Virus record (IMG/VR): IMGVR_UViG_3300047159_000056
Coordinates: 128,001 to 192,000 of that record
Reading direction: 5' to 3' (one strand)
Source: a virus
Lineage: Duplodnaviria > Caudoviricetes
Length of the DNA stretch: 64,000 nucleotides
Below are positions 10,046-20,485 of this stretch, piece by piece; the stretch's first letter is position 1; every line of letters begins with the position of its first letter. Below the pieces are notes generated by a model. That model was given only the letters and a program-made list of their open reading frames with translations. It had not been told where the DNA came from and made no database searches. Both the position numbers and the translations under genes were made by a program.

Positions 10046-10707
10046 AATACTCTATTTACATGTTTTATATATTCTCTGGATAATCTATCTTTATTTTCTT
10101 TGTTTTTATAGTAATCATTTAAAATGTCTTTTAATGACTTAAATGATTTGTCAGAACCATAATTATAAGTTCTTGTATCCATATTATAAAAGATAGCGTT
10201 ATCTGAGTTTGCCATTTTTAAAAGGAATATATCTTTACTTCCGTTATAGATAGGAGCCAAACTTCCTATTACTGGTATATTAAGATTAGAACTAGGATTT
10301 TTAGTTATCACATATTCTTTAATTATTTCAGGAATAAATTTCTTTTGATTTCCCATAAGCTTAATAAAATCTCTTGGAAGGATATTCTGTTTAGGCATTA
10401 TGAATTTTTTGTAGTCATAATCATACTTACCAGTTAGGCTATTTTCTGCATCATCCCAGTCAATCTTATCGTATCTATGTTTATAAGCATAAATTCCTCC
10501 CAAAATAGACCCAGCTAATCCAGCCCCTGTTCCTACTAATCCTGAGCCTATTAATCTATGGGCCCTTTTTCTTTTGTCCTCTCTATTGGCTGCTTTTTTT
10601 AACTTATTAGCCCACTCCTCATCTTTCTCATCCCAATCTTCTGGTAGAGAATTAGTAAATGTTTTAATTCTCTTATCATTATCAGAGAATAATCTTCTAA
10701 GTATCAT
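10042..10707 (-). CDS. leader-bearing glycine-zipper protein with SUKH-like domain
   Basis: MILRRLFS; paralog of 9377. Confidence 0.6.
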   Translation of the reverse strand: MILRRLFSDNDKRIKTFTNSLPEDWDEKDEEWANKLKKAANREDKRKRAHRLIGSGLVGTGAGLAGSILGGIYAYKHRYDKIDWDDAENSLTGKYDYDYKKFIMPKQNILPRDFIKLMGNQKKFIPEIIKEYVITKNPSSNLNIPVIGSLAPIYNGSKDIFLLKMANSDNAIFYNMDTRTYNYGSDKSFKSLKDILNDYYKNKENKDRLSREYIKHVNRVL

Positions 10708-10876
10708 CGCTCCCTGTTAAAAAGTTAAACCCTTTTCTAATAGCTCTCTTGGTTCTGGCACCAGTTCTTACTTCGTTCTCATAGGATTTATAAACTTTTC
10801 CCATAATTCCTCCGCTTCCAGTACCAGCTCCAAGGGTATTATCTTCTGTAAAATACTTTCGTCTCTTAATTAGCAT
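10697..10876 (-). CDS. small leader-bearing protein
   Basis: Likely start at ATG 10876 (MLIKRRKYFT), not the upstream start in the ORF track. Confidence 0.55.
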   Translation of the reverse strand: MLIKRRKYFTEDNTLGAGTGSGGIMGKVYKSYENEVRTGARTKRAIRKGFNFLTGSDDT

Positions 10877-11288
10877 AGTTATTATCACACAGGCTAAACA
10901 GATATTTATATTTATTGATTTCTTGAATAAATGTTTCTGTTTCACTTGATAGACCTTTATATACTGTATCACTAGGGATAGACTCATAAAAATCTGTAGC
11001 TGCGTCTAGAACCTCATCAATGAAAGATACTGCGTCAGATGCTGCTGCTGGAACTGCTTCTACATCATTTGGTCCCATTTTTCCTAAGATTCCCATATAA
11101 CCTTCTGCTACTGTATCCTGATAATCTGATACAATTCCAAGAAAATCATCTAAGTAAGTATGAATATTTTTCTTAGGTGCTGCCCAATGAAGGTTTTTAC
11201 ATTTTGTTTTAAAGCCTTCAAGTTTACCAATGTAGTCTAGGAAAACTCTATTGTCTTCACTATACTGAGTTTGTTTGAATTTAATCAT
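10866..11288 (-). CDS. leader-bearing ferritin/Dps-like four-helix protein
   Basis: MIKFKQTQYS; KNLHW...H..LDD...D..AE..MG and KY.YL pattern of Dps-like phage proteins. Confidence 0.6.
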   Translation of the reverse strand: MIKFKQTQYSEDNRVFLDYIGKLEGFKTKCKNLHWAAPKKNIHTYLDDFLGIVSDYQDTVAEGYMGILGKMGPNDVEAVPAAASDAVSFIDEVLDAATDFYESIPSDTVYKGLSSETETFIQEINKYKYLFSLCDNNYAN

Positions 11289-11290
11289 TT

Positions 11291-11824
11291 CTATTTTATA
11301 TTTTTACATTCTTTTATTAGGGAGATTAAGTAGTCTGTATACTCAATCACCGGGAGATCCACTTTTGATTTTGGATCCCTATTTACTTTTGGTCTATCAT
11401 AATCTTGCTCCCAGTCAGCATTAAGTCGAAACTTTTTATAATTTCTAGAATAAAAACTAATTAGATTTTCTTTAGTTATATCTTCTAGTCTCCCATCAAC
11501 TAACATCATAGGTTTTTCATCTTTTTCGTTCCAAACTATAAGATTATCTGTATCATCGTCCATCACTTCCATGTCTAGCAAGATAAGACAACCAGAATTA
11601 ACTCTCACATCAAAAGAACAAGATTTCTGTAGAACAAATACTGGATCTGTTTCATATACTATGTCAGGTATTTTCTGATATAGACTTTCCAGTTTTTGAT
11701 TATTCATTACCTCTACCAAGTCACTTACTATAGGATTATTTCCAATTAAGCTTTGAGAATTAATAGAACCTTCAACTAGTTTCTTAGAATATGTATCTGA
11801 GAAGTTAATTCTTTTTAGTATCAT
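11291..11824 (-). CDS. leader-bearing hypothetical protein
   Basis: MILKRINFS. Confidence 0.6.
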   Translation of the reverse strand: MILKRINFSDTYSKKLVEGSINSQSLIGNNPIVSDLVEVMNNQKLESLYQKIPDIVYETDPVFVLQKSCSFDVRVNSGCLILLDMEVMDDDTDNLIVWNEKDEKPMMLVDGRLEDITKENLISFYSRNYKKFRLNADWEQDYDRPKVNRDPKSKVDLPVIEYTDYLISLIKECKNIK

Positions 11825-12419
11825 TTTCTTTCTTTTCTTTTTTTACAGTATGTTTTCCTATAATTTTTCCAATCTGTCTTGCACCATAACCTAGAGCTAT
11901 TGGAACTGCTACTCTAGCCACAGCATTTTTTACAAGTTCAGATTTTCCAAGTCTCTTTGCTTTTTCCAGTTATAATAGTCTTTCCTATATTTTTCCATTT
12001 CTTTTTCATGCTTTTTATACTTATGTAATTGTTTTGCATAGGCATAAGCAGCTAAGCCAATTGGAATAGAAGCTCCTAAGATAGCTCCCTTTCTTCCCGC
12101 TTTTTTAGTTCTTTCACTATTATTTACTTTAATATCTAGAACAGAATCTATTAGTGGTTTCTTTTTATTAATATAGTCCTTTACATTTTCTCCAGCCCTA
12201 TTTACCATGTCATAGAATTCTTTTTTCTGACGTTTCTTAGAAATTGATCTTGCGAGTTGACTAACATTATAAGCACTATAAGGTGTAGTAGGACCAGCTA
12301 ATAAAACTAATCCTGTAGCTGCGGCTGATGGATTTAAAACTCGCTTAGGCATTCTTGGTTTACCAGATTTTTTAGTTTCATCATTAGACTTAGAAGAAAA
12401 TCTTTTTTAGTATTATCAT
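11805..12419 (-). pseudogene. leader-bearing membrane-anchor protein broken by two compensating 1-nt indels (error or decay)
   Basis: Removing one A in the A6 run at ~12403-12408 gives MIILKRFSSKSNDETKKSGKPRMPKR, joining ORF 11930..12352; a second shift near 11945 continues ELVKNAVARVAVPIALGYGA... to TAA at 11805. Confidence 0.55.
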
Positions 12420-12479
12420 AAGTTTTTATTTTTAAGAGGATTGGGAGAAGGGAAGTTAGATCCCCTCTCTTTTTTCCTT

Positions 12480-13073
12480 TTAGATATTCTTATGCTCTCT
12501 ACTATAATGTTCAAATGTAAGAGTCATAGAAACGTCTGCACGATCGGTTTCACTATCAACCTCACCATTTTCATTTAGTGGAGCATCCTGGAATTGACAG
12601 TTATAGAAGTTAAGAACCTTAACATCAATACGCTGTGCATTGGTAATGATTAGTTGCCAGTCAGATACTAGGTCATCCTTTCTGAATGAATATCTTGTCT
12701 CTGGATCAGCAATTTTATTTCTCCAGTCTGTTGCGAAATAGGTAATAGAAGCATCCTCACGATCAACGAAACTCAGGGTAAGAGTTCCACTGGTGTTCTG
12801 ATTTGTTCTTTGTTCTATTCTCCATCCACCTCTCATTTGTTTTGTAATACCAGTTGCTGAATAATCAATACCTACCTGTACGCTATTCAATCTGGCGTTA
12901 ATAATGTCATCACCTGGATAGTAAACGATTTTAGGGGCATTAATACATTTTAACTCCCACATATCTCCTCTAAGGAATTCTTTATTATTATCCTTATAGG
13001 TATTCAGGTAATCGATAAATTGCATACGTCCACTATAATCTTTTGAACGTACTAAACTAGCTACTGTTGCCAT
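12480..13073 (-). CDS. tail tube protein (T4 gp19-like)
   Basis: 197 aa; GTLTLSFVD..D..I..F..DW, VSMTLTFEHY tube-fold pattern; follows a sheath-like gene. Confidence 0.7.
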   Translation of the reverse strand: MATVASLVRSKDYSGRMQFIDYLNTYKDNNKEFLRGDMWELKCINAPKIVYYPGDDIINARLNSVQVGIDYSATGITKQMRGGWRIEQRTNQNTSGTLTLSFVDREDASITYFATDWRNKIADPETRYSFRKDDLVSDWQLIITNAQRIDVKVLNFYNCQFQDAPLNENGEVDSETDRADVSMTLTFEHYSREHKNI

Positions 13074-15355
13074 AGTTCTCTATTAAAATTTATTGTTATG
13101 TCTAGGCTAATGTCATTCTTTATGAGATCGCTCATTTTTGTGTCTAGACTTAATGTTACTTTATTATCGTAATAATCCAAATCCATGTAGACTATTGTAA
13201 TTGATCTAATGATAGAAAAATTATCAACAACTCTATCTAAGATTTTTTGTATATTGTTCTGAATCTTACCAGACATTTTTTCTCCAAGATAATTCCACTT
13301 ATTCTTTTCCAGTTCCCTAGAAATTTTACTTAGGACAAATCTTTGAAGTCCTGTGTTTTCTGGCTTTGTTCCGTCAAGATACGTTTTATAATAGTATTCC
13401 AGTCCATTATCTATTAGGTAATTAGACTTTTTCTCTTCGAGTTTCTTAATTAAGTCTGGTTTATCATTATATGTGTCTACTTGTGTTGCATCCATCGGGG
13501 TATCATAAACTATATTATCTGTTGTAATAGAATAGATATCACCCAATAGACCTTGTAAAAACATATAATATCCCGGCCTATAGTAACCATTTCCAATATA
13601 CATACTATTATAGAAATATACTAACCTATTATATGTATCTCCTATATAATTATACGTGTAATTGGTTGAGTTATTTTCTATTAAGATCTGGCAGTCTTTT
13701 GTTTCTGCTAAGTCTCCTAAGTCTTTATATATTTTATAATAAGACTCTTGGTAAATTGTATTGTCATAGTTTCCTATATTTGGCATTAAGAAAAAGTCGA
13801 ATATTATAGTGGAATCAAATAGTTTATCCAAGGATGTTCTGTATGAATCAGTTGTGTAAGATTCTTTCCATGACCTGGCTAGAACCCATGACCCTTCAGG
13901 TAATTCATTCTCTTCAACAACATATTTAATTTTTTCACCATCAGAATTTGTCCAGTAATTATTTAGTTTACAATAGACAAGTTTACTATTTTTGGATATT
14001 ACATAATCAAGTCTTTCTTCTCCTGTTTCAAAAATATATCCTTCATATATCTCAGAATAATCATACCTAGATATTGAAATTCTATAATTGTCTGTATCTA
14101 ATTTCTCTATACTAATTGTGATATCAGATTCAGGTCCATCCGTTCCAATAGTTTTACTCCAAAATTCTATTCTACTAGTATTTTCTGTATAGTCAGTTAA
14201 GATATCCTGTGTTTTGTCAAAGCTTGGTTTTAAATCTAGTATTGACATCTTATAGAAATATGTAACTGGGCTAGGAAAATCAGATACAATAAGAGTTTCC
14301 TGAGTTTCACTATCTACTGTTAAGCTATATCCTAGTTTCTGAATTTCTTCTATTAAGTCATCTGATGTACTTACTTCTACTGATTTATTATAATATTTTG
14401 GATCTACACTTCCTGTATCTCCATGCTTTATCATAACATAATTGCCTAAGTAATCTTTCAGAATAATATAATCTCCTTCAACTAGGGTAGTCCCTTTTAA
14501 GTTAAATGAATAAGCATAAGTCTGATAACCGTCCTTTATTTTATCTAAGTTTATTCCTTCTGTATTTATTATTTTATTGCTCTGAGAATAATTTATTTTT
14601 GCTATATCTCCACTAGTTGGATTTACTACTATGCTTTTTAGTTCTCCTAGTGATGATGCTGTATAATTGTAGCCATTAGGTATAGAACCCATTAAGACCC
14701 ACTTAGAATTATTATAGATGTAGTATTCTGTATAGTCTCTCTTAGCATACTCATGACCAAATGCTGGATGACAATAACTAACGTCTGTTCCAACTTTACA
14801 TAGTCTTAATGTATCCCTATTAAGAGAAGATGCAGAATTAACCCCAGTATTTTGAGAGAGATCATCTACATTTACATAGTTTTCTTGATCACTTAGCCAA
14901 ATTAATTTATCATACTTTAGCGCAGATAATCCAACATCATATTTTCCAGATTCTCTAATTACTTTATATATAATTTCGGGAGAGCCTACTTCTGGTAATG
15001 ACGAAAAAGAGTATTCACCTATTGTACTTCCTGTAAATGAAAAATCAGATTCAGTATAGTATAAATGTTCTACATTATTATAGATACTAAAATCTATATA
15101 ATCTTTTTGCCATTCATTAGGCTCCTTTGAGATTGGTTTATACAAAAATAATGTTACACCAGATAATAGGAGCTCATCAAAATAGTTTCTCTCTTTAAAA
15201 TTCTTTCCAAACCATATATCCAATTCATCTTTTGTATGAATAAGAATTGGCTTCTCATAGGACATATAGATATCTGGAACTTCTGCAAATATCATGAAGT
15301 CATCATATTCAGCAGTAACATAATTTATTTTTGTATTTCCTAATCTGATATACAT
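13061..15355 (-). CDS. second tail-sheath-like protein
   Basis: C-terminal sheath-like domain (QRFVLSKISREL...YLGE...IQKILD...VTLSLD); shares the NP..GD.AKI repeat with the main sheath; directly upstream of the tube gene. Confidence 0.55.
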   Translation of the reverse strand: MYIRLGNTKINYVTAEYDDFMIFAEVPDIYMSYEKPILIHTKDELDIWFGKNFKERNYFDELLLSGVTLFLYKPISKEPNEWQKDYIDFSIYNNVEHLYYTESDFSFTGSTIGEYSFSSLPEVGSPEIIYKVIRESGKYDVGLSALKYDKLIWLSDQENYVNVDDLSQNTGVNSASSLNRDTLRLCKVGTDVSYCHPAFGHEYAKRDYTEYYIYNNSKWVLMGSIPNGYNYTASSLGELKSIVVNPTSGDIAKINYSQSNKIINTEGINLDKIKDGYQTYAYSFNLKGTTLVEGDYIILKDYLGNYVMIKHGDTGSVDPKYYNKSVEVSTSDDLIEEIQKLGYSLTVDSETQETLIVSDFPSPVTYFYKMSILDLKPSFDKTQDILTDYTENTSRIEFWSKTIGTDGPESDITISIEKLDTDNYRISISRYDYSEIYEGYIFETGEERLDYVISKNSKLVYCKLNNYWTNSDGEKIKYVVEENELPEGSWVLARSWKESYTTDSYRTSLDKLFDSTIIFDFFLMPNIGNYDNTIYQESYYKIYKDLGDLAETKDCQILIENNSTNYTYNYIGDTYNRLVYFYNSMYIGNGYYRPGYYMFLQGLLGDIYSITTDNIVYDTPMDATQVDTYNDKPDLIKKLEEKKSNYLIDNGLEYYYKTYLDGTKPENTGLQRFVLSKISRELEKNKWNYLGEKMSGKIQNNIQKILDRVVDNFSIIRSITIVYMDLDYYDNKVTLSLDTKMSDLIKNDISLDITINFNRELWQQ

Positions 15356-15359
15356 AATT

Positions 15360-18300
15360 TTATAATATATTTTTTATCTTAGGCAGGGATGAGGTTTTAT
15401 TTAATATAGATTTAGTATTAAAAGATTCTCGCTCCTTTTTAGCTTCATTTGATGCCTTACTAAATATACTTTTCATACTACCAATCTTACCTACAGATAT
15501 TGCTTCTCTAGGATTTTCTCCAACAATACTAAATGTAAGATTAAGATCGCTTCCACCTGGATCTATATCTCCAGATCTTTCTTCACTAAAATCTCTAAGA
15601 ACAACTAGGAGATCATACTTAGATATAGTTTCTAGTTGTGGAGTTAAAGAATATATAATACATCTAAATGTCACATTCTTGTACAAGGCTGGACAAATAA
15701 AAGATTTATCTATTGAAGTCAGTGCTCTTAATTTAACTGGTGTATAGTTTCCATTAGAATATCCATAATACCCTTGATCATGTGGTTCACTACTATAAAC
15801 AGAAGCATCAGCGCATCTTTCAAAGTATGTTCTCCAGGATTTATACTGATCATCTGCTATTGTTAGTCTCAGTTCATTTGTATATTCCATAGAGATAGGA
15901 TAATTTATTTCTCCATCATATAGCCCAAGAGATTTAGAATTCATCTTGCTCTTACTTAGATCAAATGAGGTGAATGGTATCCATTTATTATAGTCAGTAT
16001 TTACTCCATAATGAACCATATTCCAAACATTAATCTCATCTATACTTGGTAGATAAGAATAATATGCATTTTCATAACCAACAAAAGGATCAAATACTAT
16101 TTCCCAGAAAGAATTATCGTCTAAGGTATATACTCTTCCTCCTTTTGCTATATTGGCATTTGAAGTTGAAAATTTATCTACAGTTGTTGAGAATAAACTA
16201 TTTTTTAGAGTATCTTTTAAGTCTTCTACGGATTTTATATCAGATGGATAGGAACCACATAATTCTTGTAGAGTTGTTGTCATTCCCCAAGAGCTAATAT
16301 AATTCTCATGAAAAGTATATGGAGTTTCAGGTATATATCCTAATAATCCTTTACCAAGAGCTGCCTTAGCTGCATTTATTACTTTCTTGAAAAAACTTGT
16401 CTTAGCTACACTAGTTGTAATAGAAGTATCAGTTACATTTGAATGTTTAGTATCATGAATAGAAGTATTTATTCTGTTATTTCCATATTCCCATCCCTCA
16501 GTAGGAGTTTTCTTTTGAGGTCTATTTAATGGGGCCTCAGTATCTACCATAGAACTAGAAGATGCACTTTTCTTTACACTACTTATGATACTTGATAATG
16601 CTCTCTTACCAGCTAATACTACATCACCACTTTGAGCTAAATTTTGAATTACACCAGAATCTTTTCCAGGAAGTCTATCTCTATTGGATTTAGAAGCAAC
16701 TTCACTTACTCTTCTTGCAGCAACTAAGGCCATAAGAACAGTATCGAGCGCCTCTTCTCTAATATTAGTAGTAGTGTCTCCCGGTTTACTTCCTAAAGCC
16801 CACGTACCACTTTTACCAGGAATCCAACTAACAGATTTTTCAGCTAACCATCTAAGATATGTACTGGCGCTTAAGGCATTGCTCCAAGATACATTTAATT
16901 TATACTTAGCCATTTGAACAGTTCCTTGGTCTCTTATTATAGTTCCAAAAAGTTCTGATTCAAATTGCTCTACTTTATCCTGTGTAAGTTCCCCTCCGCT
17001 CAAGTATCTGCTCATAAGAGTTTTTACCTTACTAGCCCAACCTGTATCTAAGTTTTTATTATCTGCAAAATGAAGTAAGTTATCATAGTAAGAATCTAAG
17101 TTATCTCTAGAATTAAATACTTTCTCTAGTTCTTTCTCTTCATCATTTGCAGGACTAATTACTTTTGGTCTAACAGCTTCATCTACATTTCTGCTGGTTA
17201 TTGTTTCTAGTAATTCTTCTTCGCTCTTATCTTTTCCTGTATCTAATCTTGGTTTATCTTTATTTTCTAATCCAGTTTTTACATCTTCTGGACTATAAGA
17301 ATTTACTTTATCTTTTAGGAAATCTTCATCTAAGGTACCATTAGTTGCTTTATCTACTTTCTCATAACTTTTATCTAACTTATCTTGAAATCCAGTATGA
17401 GTAAAATCATCCCTTGTAGTATCTGTTTCAGAATCTCTTTTAAAATTACCTCCAAGGTTTGTTTTAGAAGTATCATCTTTTGAAGCATCCACTAAGGTAC
17501 TACTAAGACTATCTATTGGTGTTTCTTTATCTATATCTTTTACACCAAGTCTAGTATCATAAAGTTGACCATCACTTATATTCTCAAATTGTCCATGATC
17601 AGCCTCACCATTTGTATTAAGCTTACTAGTATCGTCTTTTGTAGCATCTATTAGAGTAGTACTAAGACCAGAATCAGTAGCTTTATTAGTTTCATCTCCT
17701 GGATTAATGGTATGTTTGTCAGTATCAATTACGTCATCCAAGAAAGTACTAAGTGGAGACTCTTTATCTTCTCCTATTACATCTTCTAGCTTATCACTAA
17801 GAGGAGAATCTTTATCACTACCTATTACATCATCTAAGAAAGTACTAAGTGGAGACTCTTTGTCACCTCCTATTATATCTTCTAGATCAGTACTTAAGGT
17901 AGCTTCATCAGGATTTGTTCCAGATGTTGTACTTTGACTAATATTCTCTAGGTCTGTACTAAGAGGATTATTACTTTCTACATAATTATCAACTGGCTCT
18001 AGTTTTGTACTTAGACTAGAGGGATCATTACTATCTCCCTGAACCTTTTCTACATTTCCCTCTAAGCTAGGATCTTCTCCTGGGTCTATCTTACTAACAT
18101 AGTCACTAAGAGGGGATTCTTTATCTTCTCCAAGTAAATTTTCTACCTCAGTACCTAGTGGGACATCTATATTAGTTGTTCCTATTATATCCTCTCGCTC
18201 TGTACCTAAGGGAACATCTATATTAGTGGTACCAATAATATTCTCTCGCTCTGTACCTAAGGGAACATCTATATTAGTAGTACCAATAATATTCTCTCGC

Positions 18301-20033
18301 TCTGTACCTAGTGGGACGTCTATATTAGTAGTACCTATTATATCCGGTCTCTCTGTACCTAAGGAAACATCTATGTTGGTAGTTCCGATAATATTAGGTC
18401 TTTCACCATCTAGATTTGTTATACTATCATTTCCATTTCCAGGATCTAATTTTATAGATTCTGTTTTAAATTTATCAGAAACAGTAGTATCTAAGGTATC
18501 AGAATTTCCAGCACCTAATTTCTCTAAGGTTCCAGATATATTGTTATCCGATTCAGTATAATTCTCTACTTTTTCACTAGGTTCAGATCCAAGTTCTATA
18601 TCACTAGGCTTAGGTTCTATATCTATTAAGTTTGCCTTAAGAGAGTCTAAGTCTTGAGGATTTTCTATTTTTTCTACATCTGTACCTAGGGGAACATCAA
18701 TGTTAGTAGTACCTATTATATCCGGTCTCTCTGTACCTAAGGAAACATCTATGTTGGTAGTTCCGATAATATTAGGTCTTTCAGTACCTAGAGAAACATC
18801 TTTATCTTTTCCTACAACTTTTTCTAATTCTGTACCTAGGGAAGTATCTTTATTTGTTCCAACTATGTTTTCTAAGTCAGTACCTAAGGGAACATCTATA
18901 TTAGTAGTGCCCTCTATATTTTCCAAGATAGAATCTAAAGAAGTATCAGAAATAGAACCAACTATCTTTGATGCATCTGTTCCTAAGCTAGTATCCTTAA
19001 TTGAACCTAGGATAGAATCTTTTTCACTACTAAGACTTACTTCTTTCTTACCCGATTCATTAAGCTTTTGTAGTTCTTTTCCAAGTTCTGCATCGCTTGT
19101 CTCACCATTGATATTTTCTCTGATCCCGCTAAGTGAAGTTGTCTCATCTTTGGTATTGGAAACTTTATCGAGAAAGGAGGATAGTGAATCACCACTTTCT
19201 TCCCCTCCAATTATATTTTCTCTTTTACCTTCTAGACTAGGATCTTCTGACTTTCCAGTTATTTTCTCTAAGTCTGTTTCAAGAGCTGTTTCTGTTTGTT
19301 TACCTAAGACTTTATCTATAGTTCCAGATAATTCTTTGGGATCATTAAGTTTATTTTCTACTTTTTCTAAGTCTCCATCTAAGGAAGTTATCTTAGTATC
19401 TTTCCCTTCTATCCTAGTAACCCCTTTTTCGAGACTACTAGGGGAATGTGTACTTCCAATAAGCTCAGATGCACTAGAACTTTTAATTTCTTTCTCCGCT
19501 AAAGTCTCAGAACTCTTAGAATTTTTTATTTTTTCAATTTCTGATTCTAGAGTCTTTAACTTATCCTTTGAATTTATAATAGGAGAGACTTGTTCTGATA
19601 GTGTATTATCTTCCTTTGGTGAGAGTATTTCTTTAAACTTGCTAAGAGACTCAATATCTTTAGTACCAGGCTCTATATCCTCTAAGTTATTTCCTAGAGA
19701 AGGGTCTTTTCCTATATTTATATCAAGTCTCTTTCCTTCAAGTTTATCTATATTTTTATTAGAGGCTATCCACTCTTTTTCACTAACTAATTTGGAAACC
19801 TCTTTACCACCTTTATTTAAGACTTCTAATTTATCACTAAGGCTATTTATTTCCTTAATGGAACCGTATCTTCTTCCACTTACCTCTAGATTATCCTTTC
19901 CGAGTTCAGTGTGTTCATCTACTAGTTCTCTATTTTTCTTTAAATATTTACTAAGGGCTAGTATTTCCTCTGGTTTTGTAAATCTATCACAACCTGTCTG
20001 GATCTTATTTTCTTTTCTAATTTCTGTATCCAT
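15360..20033 (-). CDS. 1557-aa protein: long acidic 16-17-aa repeat region plus C-terminal tail-tube-like domain
   Basis: LGTERENIIGTTNIDVP-type repeats; C-terminus ELRLTIADD..KSW..YF...DLNLTFSIV resembles tube/gp48/gp54 fold. Confidence 0.55.
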   Translation of the reverse strand: MDTEIRKENKIQTGCDRFTKPEEILALSKYLKKNRELVDEHTELGKDNLEVSGRRYGSIKEINSLSDKLEVLNKGGKEVSKLVSEKEWIASNKNIDKLEGKRLDINIGKDPSLGNNLEDIEPGTKDIESLSKFKEILSPKEDNTLSEQVSPIINSKDKLKTLESEIEKIKNSKSSETLAEKEIKSSSASELIGSTHSPSSLEKGVTRIEGKDTKITSLDGDLEKVENKLNDPKELSGTIDKVLGKQTETALETDLEKITGKSEDPSLEGKRENIIGGEESGDSLSSFLDKVSNTKDETTSLSGIRENINGETSDAELGKELQKLNESGKKEVSLSSEKDSILGSIKDTSLGTDASKIVGSISDTSLDSILENIEGTTNIDVPLGTDLENIVGTNKDTSLGTELEKVVGKDKDVSLGTERPNIIGTTNIDVSLGTERPDIIGTTNIDVPLGTDVEKIENPQDLDSLKANLIDIEPKPSDIELGSEPSEKVENYTESDNNISGTLEKLGAGNSDTLDTTVSDKFKTESIKLDPGNGNDSITNLDGERPNIIGTTNIDVSLGTERPDIIGTTNIDVPLGTERENIIGTTNIDVPLGTERENIIGTTNIDVPLGTEREDIIGTTNIDVPLGTEVENLLGEDKESPLSDYVSKIDPGEDPSLEGNVEKVQGDSNDPSSLSTKLEPVDNYVESNNPLSTDLENISQSTTSGTNPDEATLSTDLEDIIGGDKESPLSTFLDDVIGSDKDSPLSDKLEDVIGEDKESPLSTFLDDVIDTDKHTINPGDETNKATDSGLSTTLIDATKDDTSKLNTNGEADHGQFENISDGQLYDTRLGVKDIDKETPIDSLSSTLVDASKDDTSKTNLGGNFKRDSETDTTRDDFTHTGFQDKLDKSYEKVDKATNGTLDEDFLKDKVNSYSPEDVKTGLENKDKPRLDTGKDKSEEELLETITSRNVDEAVRPKVISPANDEEKELEKVFNSRDNLDSYYDNLLHFADNKNLDTGWASKVKTLMSRYLSGGELTQDKVEQFESELFGTIIRDQGTVQMAKYKLNVSWSNALSASTYLRWLAEKSVSWIPGKSGTWALGSKPGDTTTNIREEALDTVLMALVAARRVSEVASKSNRDRLPGKDSGVIQNLAQSGDVVLAGKRALSSIISSVKKSASSSSMVDTEAPLNRPQKKTPTEGWEYGNNRINTSIHDTKHSNVTDTSITTSVAKTSFFKKVINAAKAALGKGLLGYIPETPYTFHENYISSWGMTTTLQELCGSYPSDIKSVEDLKDTLKNSLFSTTVDKFSTSNANIAKGGRVYTLDDNSFWEIVFDPFVGYENAYYSYLPSIDEINVWNMVHYGVNTDYNKWIPFTSFDLSKSKMNSKSLGLYDGEINYPISMEYTNELRLTIADDQYKSWRTYFERCADASVYSSEPHDQGYYGYSNGNYTPVKLRALTSIDKSFICPALYKNVTFRCIIYSLTPQLETISKYDLLVVLRDFSEERSGDIDPGGSDLNLTFSIVGENPREAISVGKIGSMKSIFSKASNEAKKERESFNTKSILNKTSSLPKIKNIL
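18150..18920. repeat. 51-bp tandem coding repeats (two blocks)
   Basis: Repeats of gtaccta(a/g)..gg(a/g)acatctat..tagt; a ~75-nt segment at ~18331-18405 is duplicated at ~18710-18783. Confidence 0.85.
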
Positions 20034-20036
20034 ACA

Positions 20037-20483
20037 CTATTCATCCAACGTTTCAGCAAGACTCATTAAGGTATAGTAATAAATTACATCTGCCGTCTCT
20101 GAGTATCCCTGTTTTTGTGTTATTTTAAATCTATAGGTTCTTTTCTCTCTAGTATATTGAAGTTCATCTCCAACCTCAAGAGAACCATCATTTGTTATGG
20201 ATTCTATACTATCTCTGTTTCGATTCCATACATCTCTCATTTCCCCTAGATTTATAATTAGTTTAGTTGTAAATTGATCATAATCATTTTCCAGAGTACT
20301 ATCAGAAGAATATGTTCCTCCAAAGACTTGTTTCCATTTAGAATTATCTTTTGGTCTGAGTACCACAAAGTCTGTTCCTATTAAGTATAACTGAATCTTA
20401 ATGGCCTTCATTCCTATTGAGTAAAGTTTATTGGCTTTATCTAATTGGGAATTAACCATTCCTTCTTTTCCCCCTGTTGTCAT
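20037..20483 (-). CDS. putative neck/head-closure protein (gp14-like)
   Basis: 148 aa, beta-rich LEVGDEL..RFKIT pattern; within the morphogenesis cluster. Confidence 0.4.
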   Translation of the reverse strand: MTTGGKEGMVNSQLDKANKLYSIGMKAIKIQLYLIGTDFVVLRPKDNSKWKQVFGGTYSSDSTLENDYDQFTTKLIINLGEMRDVWNRNRDSIESITNDGSLEVGDELQYTREKRTYRFKITQKQGYSETADVIYYYTLMSLAETLDE

Positions 20484-20485
20484 AA

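Noticed and set aside
18150-18920. Regular repeats resembling a CRISPR array
   Set aside because: Tandem 51-bp in-frame coding repeats without unique spacers; no cas genes.
18700-20076. 458-aa plus-strand ORF (and 18226..18561, 17707..17937)
   Set aside because: Antisense shadows of the repetitive 1557-aa gene; S/L-rich with no independent signals.
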